In this document: positions 56,090 through 64,000 of the stretch, one piece after another | Numbering within the stretch: position 1 is the first letter of the stretch | Layout: the number at the start of each line of letters is the position of its first letter | Assembly: GCA_030681365.1 (NCBI GenBank) | Contig: JAUXWH010000292.1 | Span: forward strand, 8,959 to 72,958 | DNA from: Bradyrhizobium sp. | GTDB taxonomy: Bacteria > Pseudomonadota > Alphaproteobacteria > Rhizobiales > Xanthobacteraceae | Direction: 5' to 3' | Length of the DNA stretch: 64,000 nucleotides | Notes under the pieces: generated by a model | Seen by the model: the letters and a program-made list of their open reading frames with translations, nothing else | Told to the model about the DNA's origin: nothing | Database searches by the model: none | Program-made: the position numbers and the translations under genes

Positions 56090-57535
56090 ATGAGCAAATT
56101 GGGGGGCTTCTTCGCCCGTACGGCCGGCCTGTACGACCGGCCTGTCGAGGTGCTTCGCACCGAACCCGCGCCGGCCGAGGCCGCCCAGGCCGACAATCCG
56201 CTCGAACTCGACGAGGAATTGTTCTCCGCGCTCGGCGCCCAGATCGGCGGCGAGAACGAGTCGCTGCGCAACCTGCTGCTCGATGCCAACGCCAAGATGA
56301 GCGAGCTCGACAGCATCAAGGCCGCCTTCGGCAAGCTGGCCGACCCGGTCGGCAAGACTTTGCGGGCGCTGGAGGCAGAAAAGTCCGAAAAGATCGGTCT
56401 GCAGACCGTCCTCAACAACACCCGTACCGCCTACGGCAAGCTGCGCAACGAGGTCGCCGAACTGGAGAAGAAAGCGGCCGCGTCCGACAAGGACTGCAAG
56501 GCGCTGCGCCAGGAACTCGGACTAACCCAGCAGCAGCTGCGCACCGCGGAATCGACCAAGCACGACATCGCCATCGACGTCGCCGCCCGCCGCGCCCAGA
56601 TCGCCGACCTGGAGGGCCGCCTCGCCCAGGAAACCGGCGAGAGCAATGCGCTGCGCGAGGAATGCCGCCGCCTCGACGAGCGCCTGTCGACCGCCGACAA
56701 GCGCATCATCGCGCTCGAATCCGATCTCAATGCCGCGCGCCAGCGCCTGCTGATGGCGGAAGACGAAAAGCGCGCCCAGCAGACCTCGCTGGAAAAGGCC
56801 AGCGCCGATGCCGCCAAACTCGCCCGCCGGCTCGCCGAGGCGGAAGCCAGCTTCAACGCCGTGCAGGGCCGCCTGCGCCACGTCGAGGCGAATTTCGCCG
56901 AACTGAGCAACGAACAGGCCCGCCTGGTGCACGCCTTCGACGAAGCCAAGGAACGCCACGACCACGAACTGACCAGCCAGCGCATGCGCAGCGAGTCGTT
57001 GCAGGCGCGCGCCACCGCCACCGAGAAGCTGCTCGGCGAAGCGCGCGAGCATCTGCTCGGACGCGCCGAGGAAATCCGCGAGTACGACCGCCGCACCGGC
57101 GAACTGGCGATCGAACGCGATGCGCTGGCCGCGCGCGTCAGCGAGCTGGAAAGCGAGCGGCTGCGCCGCGACTCCGAATTCGAGGAACTCGAACGCGCCC
57201 GCAACACCCTGATGGAGCGCAGCGCGGCGCTGGCCCGCGCCTTCAACGCCAAGGAAGTGGCGCTGGCCCGCGCCGAGGAAACCGCCGCCGAACTCAATGC
57301 CGAAATCGGCGTGCTGCAGGCAACCATCGCCAACGACCGCGCGACCACCGAACAGACGATGGCCGAGCTCAACGCCGCGCTGCGCCGCGAGAAGATGGAG
57401 CGCTCGGTGGTGGAAGGCGCGCTGGAGACCGGCCGCAAGGACTTCGCCCGCCTGATGCGCGAGGTGATGGCGTTGCAGCGCGGCCAGCAACAGGCCGAAA
57501 CACAGGCCCAGCCGCGCGCCGCCAACGCGGCCTGA
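56090..57535 (+). CDS. Crescentin-like coiled-coil protein 2
   Basis: Paralog of 51973 (ENE.LRNLL.D...K..ELD..K.AF; ALARAEE; RE.MER.VVEGALE..RKD..RL); ATG 56090. Confidence 0.75.
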   Translation: MSKLGGFFARTAGLYDRPVEVLRTEPAPAEAAQADNPLELDEELFSALGAQIGGENESLRNLLLDANAKMSELDSIKAAFGKLADPVGKTLRALEAEKSEKIGLQTVLNNTRTAYGKLRNEVAELEKKAAASDKDCKALRQELGLTQQQLRTAESTKHDIAIDVAARRAQIADLEGRLAQETGESNALREECRRLDERLSTADKRIIALESDLNAARQRLLMAEDEKRAQQTSLEKASADAAKLARRLAEAEASFNAVQGRLRHVEANFAELSNEQARLVHAFDEAKERHDHELTSQRMRSESLQARATATEKLLGEAREHLLGRAEEIREYDRRTGELAIERDALAARVSELESERLRRDSEFEELERARNTLMERSAALARAFNAKEVALARAEETAAELNAEIGVLQATIANDRATTEQTMAELNAALRREKMERSVVEGALETGRKDFARLMREVMALQRGQQQAETQAQPRAANAA

Positions 57536-57612
57536 CGTTTCAGAAGTTACGTGGGGAACTGCCGCATCGCCGGGCCAAAAGCCCGGCGATGCTGGTTTTC
57601 GGGGTCGCGCCA

Positions 57613-57626
57613 TTGATCTGGCGCAA
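57613..57626. promoter_or_regulatory. FNR/FixK box upstream of hemN
   Basis: TTGAT-CTGG-CGCAA. Confidence 0.7.
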
Positions 57627-57682
57627 GGCCGCGTCGCCCGCGCTCAGCCTATCGTGGTCCGGTAAAGCGAGGATCGCGGCCC

Positions 57683-59041
57683 ATGACCTCCAGTTTGCAG
57701 AATGACGGCGCACTGGCTTTGGCCGAACGCACCGTGCCGCGCTACACCTCCTACCCGACCGCGCCGCAGTTTTCCGCATCGGTCGGTCCGGACACCTATG
57801 CCGGATGGCTCGACGCGCTGCCGCGGGACGCGCGCCTGTCGCTCTATATCCATGTGCCGTTCTGCACCGAGCTCTGCTTCTACTGCGGCTGCAATACCCG
57901 CGCCGTGCGCAAGCGCGCCCCGGTCGATGCCTATGCCGAACGGCTGCTCGACGAAATCGCCTTGCTCGGCAGCCTGCGCGGACTGAAGCTGACGCATCTG
58001 CACTGGGGCGGCGGCACGCCATCGATCCTCGGCCCGCAATGGCTGGAGACCATCGCCGGCCGGCTGGCCTCGGTGTTCAACCTCTCGGACCTGAAAGAGC
58101 ATGCGATCGAGCTCGACCCGCGCCGTCTCGACAGACCGATGGTGCGCACGCTGCGCGCCATCGGCGTCAACCGCGCCAGCCTCGGCGTGCAGGATGCCTC
58201 GCCCCAGGTGCAACGCGCCATCGGCCGGGTGCAGCCGTTCGAGATGGTGGAGCGCGCCGCCTTCTGGCTGCGCGAGGCCGGCATCGCCAATCTCAATGTC
58301 GATCTGATGTACGGCCTGCCAACGCAGACCGCGCGCGACGTGGCGCGCAGCGCCGAACTGGCCGCCGGATTGGGCGCGCAGCGGCTGGCGCTGTTCGGCT
58401 ATGCCCATGTGCCGTGGTTCAAGGCCAACCAGAAACAGATCGATGAAGCCGCGCTGCCGGACAGCGCCGCCCGGCTGGAACAGGCCAAGGTGGCGGAAGA
58501 CACGCTGCTGAGCTTCGGCTACCGCGCCATCGGCCTCGACCATTTCGCCCTGCCGTCCGACGACCTCGCGGTGGCGGCGCGCGAAAAGCGCCTGCACCGC
58601 AATTTCCAAGGCTACACCACCGATACGGCCGACGCGCTGGTAGCCTTCGGGGCCAGCGCCATTTCCGAATTTCCACAAGGCTTCGCCCAGGCCGCCCGCG
58701 ATACACTGGCCTGGACGCAAACCATTGCCGGGCGAAGATCGCCTGTCGTGCGGGGGCTTGCCACTACGGCCGAAGACCGGATGCGCGGCGCGATCATCGA
58801 GCAGATCATGTGCAATTTCTCCGCCGATATTGGCGCGATCGCCAGCCGGCATGGCTTCAACAGCGGCATGCTGGAAGACAGCCTGTTGCGCCTTCAGCCA
58901 CTGATTGCGGCAGGCCTCGCAAGCATCGAGGGATCAACCGTAAGGGTGCCGCAGGAACACCGCCTGTTTCTGCGCAGCGTGGCTTGCGCCTTTGACGGCC
59001 ATTACACCGGCGCAAAAAACCGCCACGCCCGGGCGATTTAG
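57683..59041 (+). CDS. hemN: Oxygen-independent coproporphyrinogen III oxidase
   Basis: PRYTSYPTA, Y.HVPFC...C.YCGC, HWGGGTP, R.SLGVQD, RNFQGYT. Confidence 0.96.
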   Translation: MTSSLQNDGALALAERTVPRYTSYPTAPQFSASVGPDTYAGWLDALPRDARLSLYIHVPFCTELCFYCGCNTRAVRKRAPVDAYAERLLDEIALLGSLRGLKLTHLHWGGGTPSILGPQWLETIAGRLASVFNLSDLKEHAIELDPRRLDRPMVRTLRAIGVNRASLGVQDASPQVQRAIGRVQPFEMVERAAFWLREAGIANLNVDLMYGLPTQTARDVARSAELAAGLGAQRLALFGYAHVPWFKANQKQIDEAALPDSAARLEQAKVAEDTLLSFGYRAIGLDHFALPSDDLAVAAREKRLHRNFQGYTTDTADALVAFGASAISEFPQGFAQAARDTLAWTQTIAGRRSPVVRGLATTAEDRMRGAIIEQIMCNFSADIGAIASRHGFNSGMLEDSLLRLQPLIAAGLASIEGSTVRVPQEHRLFLRSVACAFDGHYTGAKNRHARAI

Positions 59042-59727
59042 CGATCGGATACCAGCCGGAAGCCAAGATGAGTGGGCGGCGTGCCTGTCGCACAGCCGCC
59101 CGAAGCCGGATCACGCACGAACAGGGAAACGGCGGACTCGTGCTCGCCGGCGGCGACAAAGGCCGGGCAGCGGTTCTCGCTGGTGCTTTCAAACCCGGGC
59201 TTGAAGCAGCTTGAAGTCCATTCCCACACATTGCCGTCAAGATCGGCGATGCCCGACGGGGTGGTGGAGAAGGAGCCGCTTGGCCGGGGTGGCCCTGCTG
59301 GCGCCTTTTTCTCCTGGCCGTAAGTTGCCGCCCACGCCAGTCTCGGATCGGTGAAACGAAGCTGTGGCTCCTTGACCGGTGCCGGATTGATGGCGCGCCA
59401 TTCGGCAAGTGTCGGAAGCCGCAGCACGCGCCGTGAGCGCCCATTCGCCCATTCCAGGTACTTGCCCACATCGATATAGTTGACCCCGGTGACCGGCACA
59501 TCATCCGCACCCGCAGGCGACTCTGGCATATGGGGACATCCGCCGTCCCGGTAACATTTTCGCCAGGAAGCGACCGTGACTTCATAGCGCGACACCAGAA
59601 GGCTGCGCCCACCACTGTCTTTCAAGGTGATGGGCACCATCTGCGCGCCGAGGCTGTCATCATGTCCGCCGCCGGTCCAGCCCAGCGCCAGCGCCATAAC
59701 CAGAAACGCTGCACCGGACCTGATCAT
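59038..59727 (-). CDS. nirV: NirV (FGE-sulfatase domain)
   Basis: YEVT, PV..V, RLPT.AEW, GNVWEWT, GFRL; directly downstream of nirK. Confidence 0.88.
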   Translation of the reverse strand: MIRSGAAFLVMALALGWTGGGHDDSLGAQMVPITLKDSGGRSLLVSRYEVTVASWRKCYRDGGCPHMPESPAGADDVPVTGVNYIDVGKYLEWANGRSRRVLRLPTLAEWRAINPAPVKEPQLRFTDPRLAWAATYGQEKKAPAGPPRPSGSFSTTPSGIADLDGNVWEWTSSCFKPGFESTSENRCPAFVAAGEHESAVSLFVRDPASGGCATGTPPTHLGFRLVSDR

Positions 59728-59739
59728 TTTCGGTGCCTA

Positions 59740-60870
59740 TCAGGTAATCGGCTCAGGCTTGACGACTTGCATCATCAGGTCGTCGTCCCATTCGCCATCC
59801 ACCACGACATGCGCCGTGGCGCCGAGCATCACCGCCTCAATGAGGTTGTGGTTGACATAGGCATAGATGCCGGGCTGCCGGAACTTGTATAGCATGGCGC
59901 CGGCCGATCCGCCGCGGATGAACCAGGTCTCAAGCCCGGTCGCCGGAACATCTGAAAAGGAACCCGTTTCCCAGACATAGTCGCCATGGCCGCCGATGAG
60001 GTGGGGCCGCGAATCGCGGTTGGCCTGGGCATGGATGAAGAGCACGTTGTCACCGACCTTGGCTTTGAGCGCCGCATCGCCAGTCAGCGCCCCGGCGGCG
60101 CCATTGAACACCACGTGTGTGGGCGTCAGCGTGCGCATGACATCAAGGCTTTCAGACAGGTCTTCGCCCGCCGTCTCGTATTTCTTGAAAGCGCCCCGTT
60201 CGTTGCGCGGAATGTAGTAGTCCTGCTCGCCGATATAGTAGGCGAAGTCGTATTTGAGCGGATTGCCCTTGCCGTCCTTCAGGCCGTCGCGCGGCAGCAC
60301 CATGACGGCGCCATTCATGCCATGCACCACATGGTAGGGAATCATGATGTCATCTGGCGCGCAGTGATAGACGAATACGCCCGATTTGACTGCTTTCCAG
60401 CGTAACACCGCCTGCTCGCCCGGCAGCACCTTGGTCAGCGCCCCGCCGCCAAGGGCCCCGGTCGAGGCGTGGAAATCAATATTGTGTTCCATCAAATTGG
60501 TATCGAGGTTCTTGAGCGTAAGCTCGACGTAGTCGCCTTCATGCACGACGATCATCGGACCTGGAACCGAGCCGTTGAACGTCAGGGCCCAGACCTCGGT
60601 GCCCTCGCTGTCGATCACCATTTTCTTTTCTTCGATCACGAACGTGACCTCAACGATCTTCGGCCCGCCCGCGGCGACTTGCTCATGTTCAGGCAGAAAT
60701 GGCGGAGCCACCATGGCCTGCTTCACCCGGGGCAATGAAGCAATGTCAACTTTTTCAGGCGCTGCCTCCTGGGCGACGGCTTTGGCGGTCCCTACTGCCG
60801 CAACGGCCGTGGCAGCCAATAGACCGCGGCGTGAAAGCTTCGGGACGTTCAGTGATTGAAGACCGGGCAT
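59740..60870 (-). CDS. nirK: Copper-containing nitrite reductase
   Basis: Tat signal SRRGLL; HNIDFH, YHCAP...[23 protein letters not shown]. Confidence 0.97.
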   Translation of the reverse strand: MPGLQSLNVPKLSRRGLLAATAVAAVGTAKAVAQEAAPEKVDIASLPRVKQAMVAPPFLPEHEQVAAGGPKIVEVTFVIEEKKMVIDSEGTEVWALTFNGSVPGPMIVVHEGDYVELTLKNLDTNLMEHNIDFHASTGALGGGALTKVLPGEQAVLRWKAVKSGVFVYHCAPDDIMIPYHVVHGMNGAVMVLPRDGLKDGKGNPLKYDFAYYIGEQDYYIPRNERGAFKKYETAGEDLSESLDVMRTLTPTHVVFNGAAGALTGDAALKAKVGDNVLFIHAQANRDSRPHLIGGHGDYVWETGSFSDVPATGLETWFIRGGSAGAMLYKFRQPGIYAYVNHNLIEAVMLGATAHVVVDGEWDDDLMMQVVKPEPIT

Positions 60871-60941
60871 GATTCGTTCCTTGATTTATGAATGTTGTTG
60901 ATGTTCGAATTTGCTGCTTGGCAATACCTGTGAGAGACTGG

Positions 60942-61430
60942 TTACTCAACCTTCATCACAGTCCACATGCCCGCCATGAAATGGCCGCCATAATTGCAGT
61001 ACAGGATGTATTTTCCGGGCTTCAAATTCAGCGTGAACGAGGCGGACTTGCTTGGCGCGATTTCGGCAACCTGGCCAAGGGTCTGAATCGATTCTTCGTC
61101 AACTATGTTCTTGGCCTCGTCAAAAGCCAGTTTTTGATTTTCATCATTTATTTCCGCCAGAATGACTTCATGTACGAGCTCACTGGCCAGATTGGTTACG
61201 TTGAACTTGACCGTTCCGCGAGACACCACCATTGGGTTAACGTTAACTGCCATCCTGGCGGTTTTCATGTCGCCCTTCATGCCCATGCCCAATTTCATCG
61301 GTTTGCTCAGCCCGGCGGTGCCCGCCTTGTCAATGAGCGTAACCTGCACCACCGCTTCCGCGTAGGCTGCTGTCGCAGTCAGGGCAGTGATGATCAACAA
61401 GCCGCCGACGCGCTTGAGTAATTTCAACAT
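60942..61430 (-). CDS. Periplasmic cupredoxin (blue copper protein)
   Basis: Signal peptide from ATG 61430; N.....HE, PG.Y.LYC-N-YGG-H-FMAG-M type-1 Cu ligands. Confidence 0.88.
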   Translation of the reverse strand: MLKLLKRVGGLLIITALTATAAYAEAVVQVTLIDKAGTAGLSKPMKLGMGMKGDMKTARMAVNVNPMVVSRGTVKFNVTNLASELVHEVILAEINDENQKLAFDEAKNIVDEESIQTLGQVAEIAPSKSASFTLNLKPGKYILYCNYGGHFMAGMWTVMKVE

Positions 61431-61487
61431 TTCTGTTCTCCTGTTATCAATTGCACAGAATTTTATCACGTGCTGACGGATTGATTG

Positions 61488-61501
61488 TTGATTCACATCA
61501 A
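61488..61501. promoter_or_regulatory. Perfect FNR-type box (cupredoxin-nirK-nirV)
   Basis: TTGAT-TCAC-ATCAA. Confidence 0.85.
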
Positions 61502-61661
61502 TGGCCGACACGCCAAGTCGGGAATTTTTGCAGGTCCTGCAAGGCCCTCGGACGAACCTGTGCCCTCAGCACAATTGCGCTGTCTTAATTTCTTCGCGGG
61601 CCTTCAATGGTAGCGTCCAAATCTCAGCTTTGGGGTGCTGCAAGCGCTGTCTGGCCCAGGC

Positions 61662-62063
61662 TCACATCTTGGTTTTCAGGAAGGCGATAAGATCGGCGCG
61701 CTCATCTTCTTTTTTTAAGCCGGCAAAGGCCATTTTGGTTTTTGCGACAACCGACTTGGGATTTTCGAGATAGGCATGCAGCGCGGCCTCGTCCCACACC
61801 GCCCCGCCGGCGGCATGGGCTGTCATGCTTTCGGAATACTTGTAACCCTCAACTGATGCGACCGGCCGTCCGACAACACCCACGAGATGGGGGCCAACCT
61901 TATTGGTTTTATCGTTAACGGCGTGGCAGGCCAGGCATTTCTTGAAGACTTGTTCACCCTTGGCCACGTCGCCATCAGCTTGAACTGGTCCTGCCGCCAG
62001 CAATAAAACGGCAATGACCGGCCCGCAATACCCAAAACCGCGTCTCACGTGGCGAATGGTCAT
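61662..62063 (-). CDS. cycA: Cytochrome c2/c550
   Basis: Signal peptide, G..VFKKCLACH, GP.L.GV.GR, TKM.F.GLK. Confidence 0.92.
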   Translation of the reverse strand: MTIRHVRRGFGYCGPVIAVLLLAAGPVQADGDVAKGEQVFKKCLACHAVNDKTNKVGPHLVGVVGRPVASVEGYKYSESMTAHAAGGAVWDEAALHAYLENPKSVVAKTKMAFAGLKKEDERADLIAFLKTKM

Positions 62064-62115
62064 GTTCCGCTCCTTTGATCATTTTCAGGAATGACAGGTC
62101 TTGTGCGCCCCAATG

Positions 62116-62129
62116 TTGATCCAGATCAA
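62116..62129. promoter_or_regulatory. Perfect FNR-type box upstream of the cytochrome c gene
   Basis: TTGAT-CCAG-ATCAA. Confidence 0.85.
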
Positions 62130-62343
62130 GAACCTATTTTTTTCCTAGTCTTTCAGCCTCTTACGGATTGATTACTGCGCGGGTGTCGGGAAGGCCCGGA
62201 ACAATCACGCGCGGGTCTTTCCTGGCGATGCCGCGACATATGGCGAGCCCCAACCCAGTGCCCTAGAGAGCGTCAGTCGGGTGCGCCTGAGGGCAACCGC
62301 GACAACATTGGCCGCAGTATTCGGGGAATTCGACACCAGCTAT

Positions 62344-62368
62344 GGAACTTTGTTGGCTTTCGCGCGTT
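62344..62368 (+). promoter_or_regulatory. sigmaEcfG promoter upstream of ndvB
   Basis: GGAAC-N16-CGTT. Confidence 0.7.
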
Positions 62369-62453
62369 AACGGCCCAGCGTACGCACGCGGCTGCATCGC
62401 GAATCTGCGCCTTGAATTCTTTGGCCGAAAATGACATTGGAGTTGAATTGACA

Positions 62454-64000
62454 ATGCTGCGTGTGATTGGACAACGTATCCGGCATAAGTCCCCAGCATG
62501 GGATGACACCCAGCCAATCAGTGCAGAAATTTTCGGCCTCGAACGTTCAAAGCAGCATGCCCGCAGCCTGGCCGAAACGCAGATCGTCACGGATCATCCG
62601 CCCCGGGTCTACTCCATCATTGACCGGCTTAACGACAATGCCGCGGCCCTGTTGGTGGCCTACCGCGAGCTCTGCGCCGCTGTTGCCGAAGGCAAGACCG
62701 TTACCCCGGCCGCCGAGTGGCTGATTGACAATTATCATCTCGTCGAAGAACAGATCAGGCAAACCCGGGCCGACCTTCCGCCAGGGTTTTACCGGCAGCT
62801 CCCAAAGCTCGCGGAAGGGCCGCTGGCCGGGCATCCGCGAATTTTCGGGCTCGTCTGGGCCCACGTGGCCCACACGGACAGCCACTTTGACCCTGCACTG
62901 CTGACCGATTTCGTCAATGAATACCAGCAGGTGCAGCCTCTCGAGATCGGTGAACTGTGGGCGGTGGCCATCAGCCTGCGATTGATCCTCATCGAAAATT
63001 TGCGACGCATATCGCAGCGCATCATTGCGGCACGGCGTGGCCGGGCGGCGGCCGACAAGCTCGCCGATCAAGTCCTCGGTCTTGGAAACGAGGACGCAAA
63101 TGCAGCGCGCCTGCTCGACCAATTTGAAGATCAGGTGGTATCCAAGTCATTCGCGGTTCAATTGATCCAGCGGTTGCGCGACCGGGATGAATTGGCAGCG
63201 CAAACACTCAATGCGTTGAAACTCAAGACCGATGCGCTTGGGTTTTCCTTCGAGGCCGTGGTCAATGATGAACACCACCGCCAGGCGGCTGCCAACGTTA
63301 CCATACGCAACATCGTTACCAGCATACGCTTTATTTCCGATGTCAATTGGGAGGTGTGGTTTGACAGCGTCAGTCTCGTGGATAAATTGCTGCGGACCCA
63401 TCCGAATTACGGCGAGATGGATTTCCCGAGCCGTACCATCTACCGCACGGCGATTGAGGAATTATCGCGCGGCTCAAGCTACGGAGAGTTGTATGTCGCG
63501 CAGCGCGCTATAGATCATACCGCGCAAGTGGAAGGCAGTGGTGTGGCAGCCCTTGAGGATCCGGGCTATCATCTCATAGGTTCAGGCCGTGCCAAATTCG
63601 AAACAGATCTCGGTTTCAAGCCTCCATTTCTGCGGCGCGTGAGGATGGTGGTCCGGTCCTTCGGATTGACGGGATATCTTGTGAGCATTGTGGCGCTGAC
63701 CGCAGCGGCCGTGTTTGCCGGTATTTTTCCGCTGCTTCAGCCGGAAGTTCCCCTGGTCCTTTTGATTGTTTTGGCGCTGCTGGCGCTCCTTCCGGCCTCC
63801 GAAGCTGGAATGGCAATTGTCAATTTTGCGGTAACGCGCCTTATGGACGCGGCTGTCATTCCCGGCCTGGCATTGCGCGATGGCGTGCCAAAGGAGTTTC
63901 GCACGCTGGTTGTCGTTCCGTCGCTTCTGACCTCGCGTGACGACATTGAAGAGCTGATTGACCGGCTTGAAGTTCATTTTCTGTCGAACGCGGACGGCGA
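62454..64000 (+). CDS. ndvB: Cyclic beta-1,2-glucan synthase-like protein (NdvB/ChvB), 5' part; runs off the window end and is missing from the ORF track
   Basis: Manual translation: WDD..PI.AE.F..ER...HA.SLA, TPAAEWLIDNYHLVEEQIR...LPPGFYRQLPKL, YQ.V.PL.IGELWA. Confidence 0.9.
   Translation, partial: MLRVIGQRIRHKSPAWDDTQPISAEIFGLERSKQHARSLAETQIVTDHPPRVYSIIDRLNDNAAALLVAYRELCAAVAEGKTVTPAAEWLIDNYHLVEEQIRQTRADLPPGFYRQLPKLAEGPLAGHPRIFGLVWAHVAHTDSHFDPALLTDFVNEYQQVQPLEIGELWAVAISLRLILIENLRRISQRIIAARRGRAAADKLADQVLGLGNEDANAARLLDQFEDQVVSKSFAVQLIQRLRDRDELAAQTLNALKLKTDALGFSFEAVVNDEHHRQAAANVTIRNIVTSIRFISDVNWEVWFDSVSLVDKLLRTHPNYGEMDFPSRTIYRTAIEELSRGSSYGELYVAQRAIDHTAQVEGSGVAALEDPGYHLIGSGRAKFETDLGFKPPFLRRVRMVVRSFGLTGYLVSIVALTAAAVFAGIFPLLQPEVPLVLLIVLALLALLPASEAGMAIVNFAVTRLMDAAVIPGLALRDGVPKEFRTLVVVPSLLTSRDDIEELIDRLEVHFLSNADG

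Noticed and set aside
62263-63977. Short minus-strand ORFs in the last 1.7 kb
   Set aside because: Antisense to the open ndvB frame

Overview
High-GC alphaproteobacterial chromosome segment (Hyphomicrobiales; resembles Pseudolabrys/Bradyrhizobium relatives, by inference). About 4.9-37.6 kb holds cckA and a Caulobacter/Bradyrhizobium-type polar flagellar cluster: flhB-fliRQE-flgCB, fliOP, a TPR protein, motE, pflI-like, fliML, flgFGAH, dksA, fliX, flgIJ, flgN-like, two short flagellins, flbT-flaF and flgEKL. CtrA boxes, FlbD (ftr) sites and sigma54 promoters are recognisable there. Further along are a TPR/GT41 glycosyltransferase, exported msrB/msrA, a MoxR ATPase and envelope/stress genes. 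Next comes an atypical quorum-sensing cassette: a luxI remnant, luxR, luxI, a PhyH dioxygenase and two small ORFs. Then two paralogous crescentin-like coiled-coil genes, hemN, and a visibly lower-GC FNR-controlled island (cytochrome c, cupredoxin, nirK, nirV) followed by the 5' part of ndvB/chvB. The strongest candidates for new biology are: (1) the LuxR/LuxI/PhyH cassette with a non-canonical ligand pocket; (2) a CUCCC-loop hairpin after flgH that is complementary over 12 nt to the flgF ribosome-binding site, suggesting RNA feedback within the operon; (3) the crescentin paralog pair. Family assignments come from motif recognition and recall, not from database searches.
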